Shown: positions 1-18,617 of the stretch, one piece after another | Numbering within the stretch: position 1 is the first letter of the stretch | How the letters are laid out: each line of letters opens with the position of its first letter | DNA from: the human T2T-CHM13v2.0 reference genome, Homo sapiens | DNA length: 64,000 nt | Assembly (NCBI RefSeq): GCF_009914755.1 | Contig: NC_060936.1 | Reading direction: 5' to 3' (one strand) | The notes under the pieces: generated by a model | Told to the model about the DNA's origin: nothing | Seen by the model: the letters and a program-made list of their open reading frames with translations, nothing else | Databases searched by the model: none | Program-made: the position numbers and the translations under genes

Positions 1-3954
<3,954 letters not shown>

Positions 3955-3968
3955 AGAAAGTGGCATAT

Positions 3969-4319
<351 letters not shown>

Positions 4320-6621
4320 CTAGCTTCAATTCGCAGGGCTTTACAAAAGCACAGCTTAGTTTTCAGTGACTCCAAATTAGGAAAAATGGGGGGGAAAAGA
4401 AGGAAAAAAATTGAAAACACTATTTTGAAGACTTGTAGGCAAGAAAAATTAGCATTTGATCCAAAGTGTAGAAAATAATAAAAATTGAAAAACATTGGGC
4501 AAGACTAGAACCTAACAACAGGTGTACTATAGTTTTTGAAACATAATTTTTCTCTCCCCAGTTGCCCATTTTTACTAAAGACAAATCATAGTAGGACTGG
4601 TATGCTTTATTATATTTGGCCTAATTATTTTTATACAGTGCAGCAAGAATAATTATTTTTTACACAGGCTTTTAAATTGGCTTTGAGGGAATTTTGTTCC
4701 ATAGAAAGAATCTCAGATAAGACTTTTTTAAAGCTGAGCCCAGCCATGGATTTGTACCATTAAATACCTAGAAGTTTGGTAAATTCCTTTCCTTTTGAGG
4801 TTCCAAGATAAACTTGGGGATCCTGGGCCTGTCAGAAAGTGACATTCTTTACTTATCACATGTCACAACCCTGTACAGGCACTGTTTTGACAGGGTATGA
4901 AACCAGTTTTTCCAAGTGGCTTTTATTGTCTTCATAAGTCAAATTTAATTGCTTAAAGGAAAGCACACCATTCCAGTCGAAGCCTTGGTGAAATAATCAG
5001 TTTCTCCAGTTGTGCCCGGTTACAAATGAAAACAGATTCTTCCTGCACTTATGTAAATAACTGTATTGTTATAAGTTAAGAATACTCACAAATAGTTTCC
5101 AAATTCTGTAGAAATCAGGTAGAGAGAAACAAATATGCTCCAAATTTTGTTCATAGGAGTATAATTTACTCAATTGTTAAAAGCTGTAAATAGCTTAAAA
5201 AGAAGTTTTCTTGACTCTGAAAAAACAAAACAAAGGATCAGCAACGTTTTAAGCAAAAAGTTAAAAAATTACTTCAGACTTCTATTAGTTTAGTCCATGC
5301 AGTTATTTCCTGTTCTACATGATATTTTTGAACATTTCAGCTCTCCATGAGTACTAAAAGTTTTTCCTCTATTCTGATGTCACAATCTCCAAAGTTATTA
5401 GAAACCTGCAATCAGTTTTATAGATGATTATAAAACCACCTTCTAAAGAGGACCAAAACAAGACAACTGTCCATGTATGACAAAAAGTTTTAGGGCAGCC
5501 ATAGCCAAAGACACAATTGACAAGGAAGTTTGTTACCTCCGTGACACACAATAATTTAACATAACCATTACAATTATTACTGATATTGTACATTAAGTCC
5601 TATCAGAATTATAGGAGTTTCCCATAATTTTGGAATACATACCAATACCATATTTATACAAATACAGCACAAAGAAAACCAAACACGGTTTTATGTTTGA
5701 TAATGCTTCCTGTAAAATTTTTATGCCAAATAAGCCAAATATGTCATTTTTGGACTTTAGGGAGCCTATTAATAATATCTTAAAGGATTAATTCGGTCAG
5801 AAAAAGACATAATTTATAATTTGATTTTGGAAAATTTGTCAAACATCAATTGTTTAAAACAGTTGATGTTACAAAACAGGATCACAGGCCGTAGTAAAAT
5901 TAGTCATTCATTTAACCAAAGTGATAACTCAAGGATTTCAAAAAATGGTGAAAGCCTTTATTCTTTGAGAGAGGAGACTTAATTTCCCAAACAATAAGAC
6001 CTAAAAAAAAAAGCATGAAGTCAATTAAATTTGTTTTCCAAAATTTTATAAACAATCTATAAAATTTTCATCTTGATCATAGGATATAACTTCCATAAGC
6101 CTTTATAACCTTTATTAAGGAGTCCATTAATGCTTTGAGAAAACCTTGTTAATCTGACATCAGGGCCCATATGCTGGTCTTGCATCAGTATGCCTTTGAC
6201 ATTAATGATTAATTTATAGAGAAACTGAACTTATTTTATCTCTCAAAATCAGCCGTTACAATCTCATACACCTATGTCTTCTGTGATAGTCACTCGGCCT
6301 TGAGGAATTAAAGAGCTTTAATTTCTGGCCCTGTGTTTTAGGAAGGCAGTTTACTTTGATTGACATCTTCTACCAGGCCTGAAGATGAGGGTTTAATTGC
6401 TTTCAGTGTTTAAGATTTAGCAGGACTTGGTGTTCGTTTTAGACCCAGGAGTCAAAGCCCGGTAACTCAATGTCACAAGGAATTTAAAAGCACATATAGG
6501 AAGTTACAAGGATGTAATAATCCTAATTTTAAAAAAATTTAATCTCAGTTTTTCCCAAGCAAACCAAACTTAATAATAATGGAATAGGAATTATTTTGAT
6601 GAAATATAAAATCTGTTAGGT

Positions 6622-7315
6622 TGTTGTGGGATCAGGAGGACCAGAGAGAGACCTTCAGGTGTATACAGGAGGATATTTTTATTGAGTGTACTTAGGCCCA
6701 GCGGACTTAACATCCAAAGACTGGGCCCAGAACAAAGACAGCACTTGACTTTTATACACACTTCAAAAAGGGGGTGAACTAGCTTGAAGCAGGCTTATGG
6801 TGATGCAAAAGCAGGGATACAGATGCAGAACAAAGACAGTTAATCAAACTGTAACAGGTTCATAACTCAGGATTACACATGACCATTGCCAAGCACCCCA
6901 GATGTCTGTTATTTATGTTTTGCTCTAAAGAGCCTTTTACTGGTTTATGTCACAACCTTCACTATGGTGCCCAGAAAGCTGTAGTTCAGGCTTGCTCAGG
7001 CTTCTCATGACCTTCACTGTACTTCTTAGATAAAACAGAATACTTGAATTTACTAGTTACAGAGAACAAGAATTTATAAACTCATACCATAAAACAGGAA
7101 AATTTGTTTTCTTCTCCCTATGTTGAGGGAGTGCTGGGAGAGTCTCCAGAGCACATTCCTTTGTGTCCTAGCTTCTCAGAAAGTATTATCAAGACTTTCC
7201 CTGGGTCTGGGCTGTGCCCATTGCTGCCTCTGGGACAAGTCAGCCTAATACAGGAAAGCTTATTTCTTTCTCTTTTTAATTTTATTTTTCTTTATTTCTT
7301 TAATTTCTCACCTCA
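6622..7315 (-). mobile_element. Solo ERV1 LTR (LTR15/LTR4-like; subfamily uncertain)
   Basis: TG...CA termini, perfect 4-bp TSD AGGT (6618-6621 / 7316-7319), minus-strand AATAAA near 6678. Confidence 0.85.
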
Positions 7316-8648
7316 AGGTCAGTTACCACAAGGCAAAAGAAAAGACCTTTTGAAGTGCACAGAATATTATGTTGGAAGAAAACATTTCCTTTAGGCCTTT
7401 AAGAAAATATTGTTAGCATTATGCCACAAAAAACAGAATCCAAGCAGGAAAAAAATAAAAAAACCTGCATGAACTGAAAATGACTTGAAGGGGAATGTTA
7501 CTATTTCACACGTTTTGAAAGAGGAGAGAAAACCAAAACCAGTGCAATGGAATAAAAGTTGAACTTTGGGTTAAAATAAATTAAAATCTTTTATAATTTA
7601 TTAAGAGTAAACCAACCCCTTAGGAAAATTTTATTGTTCTAACCAATTCTTTAGTGTATAAGTGTTTTTTAATCAAACCCAATCTCTAGAAAGACCATTA
7701 TAATTTCTCTTTAATCATGGATAACTTGATCGTATAAAAGTTTTTCTTTTTTTTTTAAAATAAATCCTATTATTGTGACATAAACAGACCATTCGTGACA
7801 TGCTTGGACTTTCCGGTTGATCCTGAACTTAAGCAACCATTCATTTTACTCTAGAGCTAAATTTACCGTACAAGATTCTTTCTCATATGAAAGTATTTCT
7901 CTCTAAGCTTTCTTACCAAAAAAAAAAAAGAAATCTATTGTCATAACTTTCTTCACATCTTTTTTATTTCCTGGTTCCTGTTACCTTGTTTAATCATGAC
8001 CTTTAAATAAGCTTTGAATTAGACAAAAATGTTCACCTTTTTAAAAAGGACACACTTTTTTTAGGAAAAAATGTTTTCCTAGAAATATATTTTTATTGGA
8101 AAATACCCAAATAATAAATTATTTATTATTTTATTTAATATAAATTTAGTTTCTAAATTATGAGTTTCTCTACAAGTATTTATCCTATTACATTTACCTA
8201 ATTATTTTAATTTAATCATTTATCTGGATTATTCATAAAAACTGTGATTGTCATTATTTAAAGTTATGGAACTGCCATTGCAAAATTATAACTGAGACAG
8301 TGAAAAAGATTTGACCTGAGTCTATCTTCCTTCTAACCTCCAAGCCATTCTTGTTAATTCCTGGGAATGGGCCCAACTAACCGTGGGAGGAACATAGTTC
8401 ATATTTTAGCTTTGAAACAAAGATGATAACAGTCCTTCTCCAAAACAAAGCTCACTGCCTGTGGACTAAACTGCCTAAAGCCACAAGATTAGAAGTTATA
8501 GTAATCTTACTAAATTCAAGATGGAGCTATTTTTATCAAATCAATATTAACATCTTATTTATTAAAGATTACACAAGCAAAGATCATTCTGTCTTCAGCT
8601 GGGTTTATAGTTTTGTAACCCTTGTGCCAAATTTTGACACCTTATGTT

Positions 8649-8991
8649 TGTGAACCCCAAAAATCTGAGACAGTTCGCAGTTAATTTAGAAAGTTTGTTT
8701 TGCCAAGGTTGAGGACCCATGCCTGGAACACAGCCTCAGGAGGTTCTGCCAACATGCGGCCAAGGTGATAAGAGCACAGCTTGGTTTTATACATTTCAGG
8801 GAGACATGAAACATCAATCAACATACGTAAAATGAACATTGGTTTGCTCCAGAAAGGTGGGACAACTTGAAGCAAAAGCTGGACAACTCAAAACAGGGAG
8901 GGGGCTTCAGGGCACAGGTAGGTGAGAGACAAATTGTTGCATTCTTCTGAGTTTCTGATTAGCCTTTCCAAAGGAGGCAATCAGATATGCA
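8649..8991 (-). mobile_element. Partial MER4-type LTR embedded in MER4 internal sequence
   Basis: TGTGAACCCC...AGAAAGTTT.TTTTGCCAAGGTTGAGGAC closely parallels the LTR starting at 9954. Confidence 0.8.
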
Positions 8992-10106
8992 CATATACAC
9001 ACACATCTTGGATGTTAGCTTTTAATTAAGTTGACTTTTAACCATTGATCTTCTTTTAAAATATTTTTTTAAATCTCATTACCATACTTCAGCTAGGACA
9101 AATTGCTGCTATTTCAGAAGCACAGCCATTGCTATTTCAGTTTGGCCTGGCTAGCAAAAACATAGCCTTGTTATGTAAATAAAGCCCCTTAGTAGGCAAA
9201 ATAAAAAATCTTTTATTTCCTTTCGCTGGCCTTTATTCTCTCCCTACCACACCACCTTCGTGTGTGTGTGTGTGTGTGTGTGTGTAGGAATTTAGCAACT
9301 TCAGAGGCCTTGTTTCTCATAATTAGGAACTTCTTTGGATTTGATCAAGTCAGATAGTTCAGATTTAATCAAGTAGGGTGGAGTTGATCAAACCCAATGG
9401 GAAAAAGACCAAAACAAAAACAAAAACAGAAATAACAACCAAAAAAAAAGTTAAGTAAAACAAATGATTGCCCAACCCATATGATTACTGAGGTCTCTAA
9501 TGATAAGGATAAATTAAGACCAGCTGGTTGTCAATCTTAACTTTAGAAAAGGCAAACCCCAATTCAGTTACTTACTTAGGGATGGGTCTCAGGCTGAAGA
9601 TGGCTCTTTACCATCCTAGAAGCAGAAAAAAAACCCTCATCTTCCCTGTTGAAAGCAAGCTCAAACTCCGTAAAGGAGTTACCTGACTCCATTGTCACAG
9701 AAAACTTGCCTACCTTGTATTGGAAGCAAGTAAAACTCCAAAAAAAAAAAAAGAGTCATATAGCAAAGTAAACTTTAGATCTCTACCGAATTTTGGGAGA
9801 TCAGGGATTCTTTGGAAGTGGTACTTCCAGGCCTCCACAAATTGTCCTATTGGTTTGAGCCATAAAGATAGTACAAGCTGGTACCAAGCACCAATAGAGG
9901 ATTTGTCAAAAGTCAGGGGCACCTACACTCAGAATCCCATTGGGTTACCAAAATGTGAACTCCAAATATCTGAGAAAGGTTTCAGTTAGTTTAGAAAGTT
10001 TATTTTGCCAAGGTTGAGGACATGCACCCCTGACACAGCCTTGGGAGGTCCTGATGACATGTGCCCAAGGTGGTCAGAGCAGTTTGGTTTTACACATTTT
10101 AGGGAG

Positions 10107-10570
10107 TGTATTAGAGTTCTCTAGATGGACAGAACTAATTATATTTATATATATTAGTTCTGTCCCTAATATATATATATATATACGAGTTTATTAAGTA
10201 TTAACTCACACAATCAGAAGGTCCAACAATAGGCTGTCTGCAGGCTGAGGAGCAAGAAGAGCCAGTCTGAGTTCCAAAACTGAAGAACTTGGAGTCTGAT
10301 GTTCCAGGGCAGGAAGGATCCAGCATGGGAGAAAGATGTAGGCTGGGAGGCTAGACCAGACTCTCTTTTCATATTTTTCTGCTTGCTTATATTCTAGCCT
10401 CACTGGCAGCTTATTAGATTGTGCCCACTCAGATTAAGGGAGGGTCTGCCTTTTCCAGCCCACTGGCTCAAATGTTAATCTCCTTTGGCAACACCCTCAC
10501 AGACACACCCAGGATCAGTATTTTGCATCCTTCAATCCAATCAAGTTGACACTCAGTATTAACCACCACA
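10107..10570 (-). repeat. 3' LTR (MLT2A-like) of HERV-L
   Basis: Minus strand begins TGTGGTGGTTAATACTGAGTGTCAACTTGATTGG; (TA)n tract; near-identical to 16166-16643. Confidence 0.93.
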
Positions 10571-11211
10571 AGTCCACCCATTGTCAACTTGAACCCATAT
10601 ACATTTCCTGAGATCATACATAATCTTCAAATAAAGACATTAAGAAGGTCATAATTATGCCTAACATGATACAACTATCCTTCACACAACCAGAAACACC
10701 AGTCCCCAACCAAAATACTATTACTTAACGTTAAAAATACTTAAATGCTGATATGAAGTCAATAAATCTTATGGCACATGATAAAAGAGAAAGGAAATAA
10801 AATGAAGATATTTTCTTAGTACAAGTGTATACATGCACAAACATGTTTTTGACAAAAGAAGGAGGAAACTCTCATGAGAATTTCAGTCCTCATTGATACA
10901 ACTGGTCACGTGGTCGTAGCTGGTATTGATAACTACCTTCTTCTACTACCCATTCTGTATTATCTTTGCCTTCAGCAAGCACCTCAGCAGGTCATGGTTT
11001 TTTTCCTGGTGGAGTAACCCAAACCTTCATTCCTGAAGGGTCTGAGTCATTTGTAGTCCTGCCTGAATTGGGCTGTTGTAGTTTCCCATTGACCTTAATC
11101 ACGGGGCATGGTAATACTAAGAGATGCCCTAATGGATCTCCTGTATTCCATGCATAGTCTTCCTTACTGCCATTGTAGAGTAGTAAACTGATTTCATCTT
11201 GATAGTCCGGG

Positions 11212-11410
11212 TCAGTCAGTCACCCCAGCCAACACTGTAACTCCCTTCTTAGCCTGTTGACTTAAAGGTCGGAGGAGCCCAAAGTGTCCAGGTGGCAATT
11301 TTAACTTCCAGTTTAATGGAATCATTGTTGTGTCTCCTGGTGGCAGCATCCCTCCCTCTGGAACTAAGACCTCTAGGCCACCAGAACTTAATGTCATGAA
11401 AACAAGAAGC
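11212..11410 (-). pseudogene. HERV-L dUTPase remnant
   Basis: GLEVLVPEGGMLPPGDTTMIPLNWKLKLPPGHFGLL...GVTVLAGV in ORF 11212-11514, downstream of integrase as in class III ERVs. Confidence 0.85.
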
Positions 11411-14291
11411 AAAAATTTTGCTAGTGGATCACTATGGGTGATTCCTGGTCCACCCCTTGATTCCTGGACCCATAAATCCTGGCTACGGGAGAAATAGTAC
11501 CATATATTGGACACTGCTTCAGAGCATACATGGCCTTCTGGAGAACTTTGTCCCAGCCCTGCAAAGTATTGTCACCTAGTTGGCATTGTAATTGTGACTT
11601 CAAAAGGCCATTCCACCATCCAATTAATCCAGCTGCTTCAGGATGATGGGGAACATGGTAAGACCAGTGAATTCCATGAGTATGAGCCCACTGCTGCACT
11701 TCTTTAGTTGTAATGTGAGTGCCTTGGTCAGAGGCAATGATGTGCGGAATACTATGATGGTGGATAAGGCACTCTGTGAGTCCACAGATGGTAGTCTTGG
11801 CAGAAGCATTGCTTGCAGGATACGCAAACCTATATCAGGAGTAAGTGTCTATTCCAGTGAGGACAAACCTCTGCCCTTTCCATGATGGAAGAGTTCCAAT
11901 ATAATCAACCTGCTACTAGGTAGCTGGCTGATCACCCCAAGGAATGGTGCCATATCAAGGGCTCAGTGTTGGTCTCTGCTGCTGGCAAACTGGGCACTCG
12001 ACACTGGCCATAGCCAGGTCAGCCTTGGTGAGTGGAAGTCTATGTTGCTGAGCCCATGTGTAAGCTCCATCCCTGCCACCATGGCCACTTTGTTCATGGG
12101 CCCATTGAGCAATGACAGAGGTGTTTGTGGAAAGAGGCTGAGTAGTGTCCACAGAACAGGTCATCCTATCCAGTTGATTATTAAAATCCTCCTCTGCTGA
12201 GGTCACCCATCGGTGAGCACTCACATGAGATACAAATATTATCATAGTTCTTGACCATTCAGAGAAATCCATCCACATATTTCTTCCCCAAATTTCTCTA
12301 TCACCAATTTTCCAATCATGCTTCTTCCAAGTCCCTGACCATCCAGCCAAACCATTGGCTACAACCAATGAATCAATATATACTCCTACATCTGGCCATT
12401 TCTCCTTTCATGCAAAGTGCACAACCAGGTGCACTGCTCAAAGTTCTGCCCACTGGGAAGATTTCTCTTCATTGCTGCCCTTCAGTGATGTCCTAGAAAG
12501 GGGCTGTAGTGCTGCAGCTGTCCACTTTCGGGTGGTGCCTGCGTATCGTGCAGAACCACCTGTGACCAGGCCCTAGTCTTCTCTTCCTCTGTCAAATGAG
12601 AATAGGGACCTCCTCATGAGGTCATTAGTGCAGGCTGGGGGAGAGAAGGCAGGGTGGCAGGAGTGGAGACCATGAGCATTTGAGCCACCTTCTCATGTAA
12701 CTTACTTGTGCCTTCAGGAACTGCTCGAGCCTGATCATGAATATATCACTTGTGTTTGATGATGGAATGCTGCTGTGCATGACTCACTTTATGGCTAGAT
12801 GGGTCAGAAAGCACCCAGTTCATGATAGGCAGTTCAGGTCACATGGTGACTTGATAATCCATAGTCAAATTTTCAATTTCCCCTAAGCCCAGTAACAGGC
12901 CAAGAGCTGTCTCTCAAAAGGAGAGTAGTTATCTGCAGAAGATGGCAGGGACTTGCTCAAAAATCCTGGAGGCCTCCATTGTGATTCACCTATGGGAGCC
13001 TGCCAAAGGCTCCAAACAGCGTCTCTTTCTGCCATTGACACTTCAAGCACCATTGGATCTGCTGGGTCCTATGGTTCAAGTGGCAAAGCAGCTTGCACAG
13101 CAGCCTGGACCTGTTGCAGAGCCTTCTCCTGTTCTGGACCCCACTCAAAACAGGCAGTCTTTCAAGTCACTTGATCAATGGGACAAAGTAACATACCTAA
13201 ATGAGGAATGTGTTGCCTCCAAAATCCAAATAGGCCCACTAGGTGTTGTGCCTCTTTCTTGGTTGTAGGAGGGGCTAAATGCAGCAACTTATCCTTCATC
13301 TTAAAAGGAATATCTTGACATGCCCCACACCACTGGACCCCTAGAAACTTTACTGAGGTAGAAGGTCCCTGAATTTTGGCTGGATGTATTTTCCATCCTC
13401 TGGCATGCAAATATCTCACCAATAAGTCCAGTGTGTTTGCTACTTTTTGCTCACTGGATCCAATCAGCATAATGTCATCAATGCAAAGGACCAGTGTGAT
13501 ATCTTGCAGAAGTGAAAACTAATCAAGGTCTCTCCAAATTAGATTATGACACAAAGCTGGAGAGTTGATATAGCCCTGAGGTAGGACAGTAATGCCTTGC
13601 CAGCTGAAGGCAAATTGCTTCTGCTGGGCCTTATGGACAGGAATAGAGAAAAAGGTATTTGCCAAGTAAATGTCTGCATACCAGATACCAGGAGATAGGT
13701 TAATTTGCTCAAGCAATAAAACCACATCTGATATAGCAGCTGCAATTGGAGTCACCACTTGGTTAAGCTTACAATAATCCGCTGTCATTCTCCAAGATCC
13801 ATCTGTCTTTTGTACAGGCCAAGTGGGGGAGTTGAATGGGGATGTGGTGGGAATCATCACCCTGAGTCTTTCAAGTCCTTCACGGTGGCACTAATCTCTG
13901 CAATCCCTTGAGTGATGTAATATTGTTTTTGATTTACTATTTTTCTAGGTAGAGACAGTTCTAATGCCTTCCATTTGGCCTTTTCCACCATAATAGATCT
14001 CACTCTACCAGTCAGGGAGCCAATGTGGGGGTTCTGCCAGCTGCTAAGTATGTCTATACCAATTATGCATTCTGGCACTGGAGAAATGACCACAGGATGA
14101 GTCTAGGGACCCACTGGACACACTGTAAGTTGGACCTGAGCTAAAACTCCATTAATTACCCGACCTCCATAAGCCCCTACTTTAGCTGGAAGACCACAAT
14201 GACATTTTGAGTTTTCTGGAATCAATGTCAGCTCAGAGCCAGTGTCCAATAGTCCCCAAAATGTCTGATCATTTCCCTTTCCCCAATACAC
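11411..14291 (-). pseudogene. HERV-L pro/pol remnants (protease, RT, RNase H, integrase), fragmented
   Basis: LLDTGSELT protease motif (14103-14291); SPFNSPTWPVQKTDGSWR and LPQGY RT motifs; YIDD degraded to CIDD near 13475-13486; HEQSGH...CPVC integrase zinc finger (11955-12368). Confidence 0.9.
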
Positions 14292-16100
14292 AGTTACCCT
14301 GGTAAAAGGTCAGGGGTCTCCTTGGGGGAAGAATGGGAGAAAGATTCACTGCATAAATTGTCGGTAATGTAGTATAGTCCTTTCTCAGTGTGACCTGACC
14401 TCTCCTTCATTCAAGGGGTTCTGGGTCTGTAAACTGGCTCAAGTCTGGAAATTGATTGAGGGGCCATGATGCTTTGTTTTTATAATTCAAATTAGTCTTT
14501 TGTCCGTTCGACCTAGAAGCTTTCTGCTTATATAAATTAAGTAGAAATGCAGTAGGTTTCCTATCAATTTCACTTCTAGGAACACCATGATTAATTAGCC
14601 AAACCAGAGCTCTACACAAGTCAGATTATTCTGATGGCTGCTTTGCCTCTGCTGTCCATTACACCCACCTTGCCTTTGATGATTGAGTGTCACCACTTGG
14701 CCCCTGCCACCTATGGATCCAATTATTCCCATTGTATTTAAATGTTGTAGTTGAGTGACTGTGGTTCCCATTATTAGATCTGACATACAGAGAAGAGCAA
14801 TTACAGGGTCCTTAAAAAATGCAGATGCTGCCCTCAGAAGTCTATTTCACAAGGAATTGATCAAGGGCATATCTTGTGGGCCCTCCTGGCTGAGATGAGT
14901 AGATCTAAAGTGACTAATCCACTCCACTATCCCAATCTCCCTAAGCCTTTTGATCCCTTCCTCTATATTAAACCAAGGGAAATCAGGCATTTCCAGCTTA
15001 CTCAAAATGGGCCATCTTTTATCCAGATTTCAACTAATCAAGCAAATAAACTATTAGAACCTTTTTTAACTCCCTGAGCTGCAACATTAAATGCAGAGTC
15101 CCTACTTAGTGGGCCCAAATCAATAAATTCAGCCTGACCCAACTCTATGTTCCTTCCACCATTATCCCACACCCTTAATATCCATTCCCATACCGTTCTC
15201 CAGATTTGTGTTTATATAAATTGGAAAACTCAGGCAGTTCTTTTTAAGTGTAGCACACCTCCTCATAGGTCACACTCTCAACCTCACCTCTAGGGGCCTG
15301 CAGGTACTTTAGTCTAGTTATAAGTCTAGAGGCAAACAGGGGTGTTGGGGGTGGCTCCTGAGAAGAAACCAATGTTATCTTGCCTGGAAACTGCCTCAGG
15401 GAAGGCCATCACTGTTGCTTCAGGCAGCACAAGTTTTATCTCCTCAGACAAAAGTGGAAAGGCTGATGGCAGCATGGGTTGGGGAGGGGATGTTGCCACT
15501 ACTGGGAATGGAGAAGCTGTTTCTTCTGGCAAAAAAGGTTTATAAGAGTTTACAAATTCAGTGTCCCCAGTTTCATCAGGGTCCTCTCACACGCCCCCAT
15601 TCCAAGTTTCAGGGTCCCATTCTTCAGTCAATGCTCTCGCTTTGAGAGTAGACACCTGGTGAGGCTATGCATAGGTCAGCCACTTGCACAATAACAGCTT
15701 GTGTCTGTTTTTCCACAATTTCAGCTCTTTCTCCACAGGAGATAAGACTCTTACTCAGGGTAATCTTGGTAGATTTTAGACTCAGTATCTGCTTCTGAAG
15801 CTGGGAGATAGAATCCCTGAGTTCATTATTTTCTTTCATCACTTTGTCCAGTGAACTTAGGAGCAACCAACCAGCTTTATTATGTTCCTTGATTGTTCAC
15901 ATATGGTCAAAGGTATTATGTAGAGAGTCACCAAACTCCTTGCTTCTCATGAGCAATGAATCAGGAGTGTCAAATGCATTTATTTTGCATAACTGTCTAA
16001 ACAGTTCATGCCAAGGGCTATCAGTGTTCTCCATACTATTAGTAGAGTCCTTAACATTTTTGTGTCTAATTATATTAAGAAGCCAACTCCAGAAACCCTA
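14292..16100 (-). pseudogene. HERV-L gag remnant
   Basis: Fragments WLINHGVPRSEIDRKPTAFLL, QFPDLSQFTDPEPLE and LDKVMKENNELRDS, typical of HERV-L gag. Confidence 0.82.
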
Positions 16101-16165
16101 AAACCAATGAAAGAACTCCACCCTTAATATTCTGTTCCTCTAGAACCACTCCTGGTACAAAAATC

Positions 16166-16643
16166 TTTATTAGTCAGGGTTCTCTAGAGGGACAGAACTA
16201 ATGAAACATATATATATGTGTTTATATATATATGATTTTATATATATATATATATGTGGGAGTTTATGAAGTATTAACTCACACTATCAGAAGGTCCAAC
16301 AATAGGCTGTCTGCAGGCTGAGGAGGAAAGAAAGCCAGTCTAAATTCCAAAAATGAAGAACTTGGAGTCTGATGTTCAAGGGCAGAAAGCATCTAGCATG
16401 GGAGAAAGATGTAGGCTGGGAGGCTAGGCCCGTCTCTCTTTTCATATTTTTCTGCCTGCTTATATTCTAGCCTTGCTGGCAGCTGATTAGATTTCACCCA
16501 CCCGGATTAAGGGTGGGTCTGCCTTACCCGGCCCACTGACTCAAATGTTAATCTCCTTTGGCAACACCCTCACAGAAACACCCAGAATCAATACTTTGTA
16601 TCTTTCAGTACAATCAAGTTGACACTCAGTATTAACCATCACA
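16166..16643 (-). repeat. 5' LTR (MLT2A-like) of HERV-L
   Basis: Minus strand TGTGATGGTTAATACTGAG start; followed by the HERV-L leader GATTTTTGTACCAGGAGTGGTTCTAGAGG. Confidence 0.93.
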
Positions 16644-16943
16644 GGGAGACATGAGACATCAATCAACATATGTAGGATGAATATTGGTTTGGTCTGGAAT
16701 GGTGGGACAATTTAAAGTGGGAAGGGGGTTTCAAGGTCATAGGTAGATAAGAGACAAATGTTTGCATTCTTTTGAGTTTCTTATTAGCCTCTCCAATTGA
16801 GGCAATTAGAGATGCATTCATCTCAGTGAGCAGAGGGGTGACTTTGAATAGAATGAGGAGGCAGGTTTGCCCTAAGCAGTTCCCAGCTTGACTTTTCCCT
16901 TTAGCTTAGTGACTTTGGGGGCCTAGGATATTTTCCTTTCACA

Positions 16944-17250
16944 AATCAAGTGACTGTAAATTCATGCATTTATTTCTGGGCTTTCTATTCTCTTCCATTA
17001 GTCTATATGTCTGTTTTCATGCCAGTACTATAATGTTTTGATTACTATAGCTTTATAATTCATTTTGAAATTGGTAAGTATGATACCTCAACTTATTCTT
17101 TTTGCCTATGATTGACTGCTTTGGCTCTTTGAGGTCTTTAGTGATTCCATACAAGTTTTAGGTTATTTTTTCCTATTTCTATGAAAAAATGTTATCTGAA
17201 TTTTGATAGTGATTGCATTGAATCCATAGATCACTTTGGATAGTGTGAAC
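16944..17250 (-). mobile_element. Old L1M ORF2 fragment
   Basis: Minus-strand ORF 17163-17396 ends TLSKVIYGFNAITIKIQITFF (L1 ORF2-like). Confidence 0.8.
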
Positions 17251-18617
17251 AATGGAATAGTTGATAGTCTGTAAATAAACTTATACATATTAATATTAAT
17301 ATATGGGCAACTGATTTTCAACAAGGATGACAAGATGATTTCATTGGGAAAGAGTACTCTTTTCAACAAATGATGTTGAAACAAATAAACATTCACATGT
17401 ACAAGGATGTAATTGGTCCCCTATTCCCACGATAAACAAAACCTAATTCAAAATAAATAAAATACCTAAGAGTAGGGCAAAATTATAAAACCCTTATTCA
17501 AAAACTTAGAGGTAAAACTTTAACAGTTTGGATTAGGGGATGATTTTTTATGCTAACTGAAGTACAAGTGACAAAGGAAAAAATTAGATAAATTATATTT
17601 CATCAAAATTTTAAACTTTTTTGCATTAAAGAATACCATCAAGAAAATGAAACTATAACCCATAAAATAGAAAAAAATACTTGCAAATCATATATCTGAT
17701 AAGTGACTAGAATAATTTTAAAACTCCTGCTATTCAATCATAAAAGGCAAATAGCCCTGTTTTTGCTTATTTATTAATTGATTTTTATAATTTCAGCTTT
17801 TATTTAAGAATCAAGGGGTACATGTACAGGTTTATTACATGGATATATTGCATGACGCTGTGATTTGGGTTACAAAATGAAAACCACTTCACTCCATAGG
17901 ATGACCATAATCAATAAGTGTTGGAAAGAACGTAGAGAATTTGGAACATTCATACACATTTGGAGGAAATATAAATTGGTGCAGCTGCTTTGGAAAACAG
18001 TCTGGAAACTCCTTAAAAAGTTAAACTTAGAACTATCATGTCATCTAGCAATTCCATTCCTATAAAATATAAAAACATACATCTACACAAAACTTGTACA
18101 CTAATGCTTATAGCAGCATTATTTATAATAGCTAAAAAGTGGTAACAACCCTAATGCTCATCAACTGATGAATAGATAAATAAGGTATGTCCATACTATG
18201 AAACATTATTTGTCAATAAAAGAAATGATGAATTGATACATGCTACAACATAAATGAACATTTAAAACATTATGGTAAGTGAAAGAAGCCAGCCAGAAAA
18301 AATGCATACTGTATGATTCCATTTGTATCAAATGTCCGGAGTAGGAAAATTTATAAATAGAAAGTAGATTGGTGGTTGCCTAGACCTGTAGATGAGGGAT
18401 AAAGTAAAGGATATGGGGAGAAATAGTGAGTGACTGTTAATGGGTACAGGGTTTCCTTTTGAAGTGATGAAAATGTCCTGAAATTGATTATGGTAATTGT
18501 GGCACAACTCTGTGAATATACTAAAAACCATTGAATTGTGCACTTTAAATTATGTAAATTATATGGTATGTGAATTATATCTCAGTAAAGCTGTTTTTTA
18601 TACAGTAAAAAAAAAAT
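17250..18617 (+). mobile_element. L1MB/L1MA-type 3' portion, interrupted at ~17765-17870 by a short minus-strand L1P 3' end
   Basis: KLVQLLWKTVW ORF2 remnant; L1MB-like 3'UTR ending GAATTATATCTCAGTAAAGCTG and A-tract. Confidence 0.82.

Larger units (their letters stand above)
10107..16643 (-). mobile_element. HERV-L provirus with two MLT2A-type LTRs, near full length
   Basis: Matching LTRs 10107-10570 and 16166-16643; 5-bp TSD GGGAG (10102-10106 / 16644-16648); decayed gag-pro-pol-dUTPase, no env. Confidence 0.95.
9954..16943 (-). mobile_element. MER4-type LTR split into 9954-10106 and 16644-16943 by a HERV-L insertion
   Basis: Removing 10107-16648 rejoins CATTTTAGGGAG|ACATGAGACATCAATCAACAT, matching the uninterrupted copy at ~8792-8824; ends TTTCACA. 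Confidence 0.88.

Noticed and set aside
16944-18617. Twin-priming inversion of an L1M
   Set aside because: The opposed segments overlap in L1 coordinates but are diverged from each other, and no TSD is visible; more likely two separate insertions
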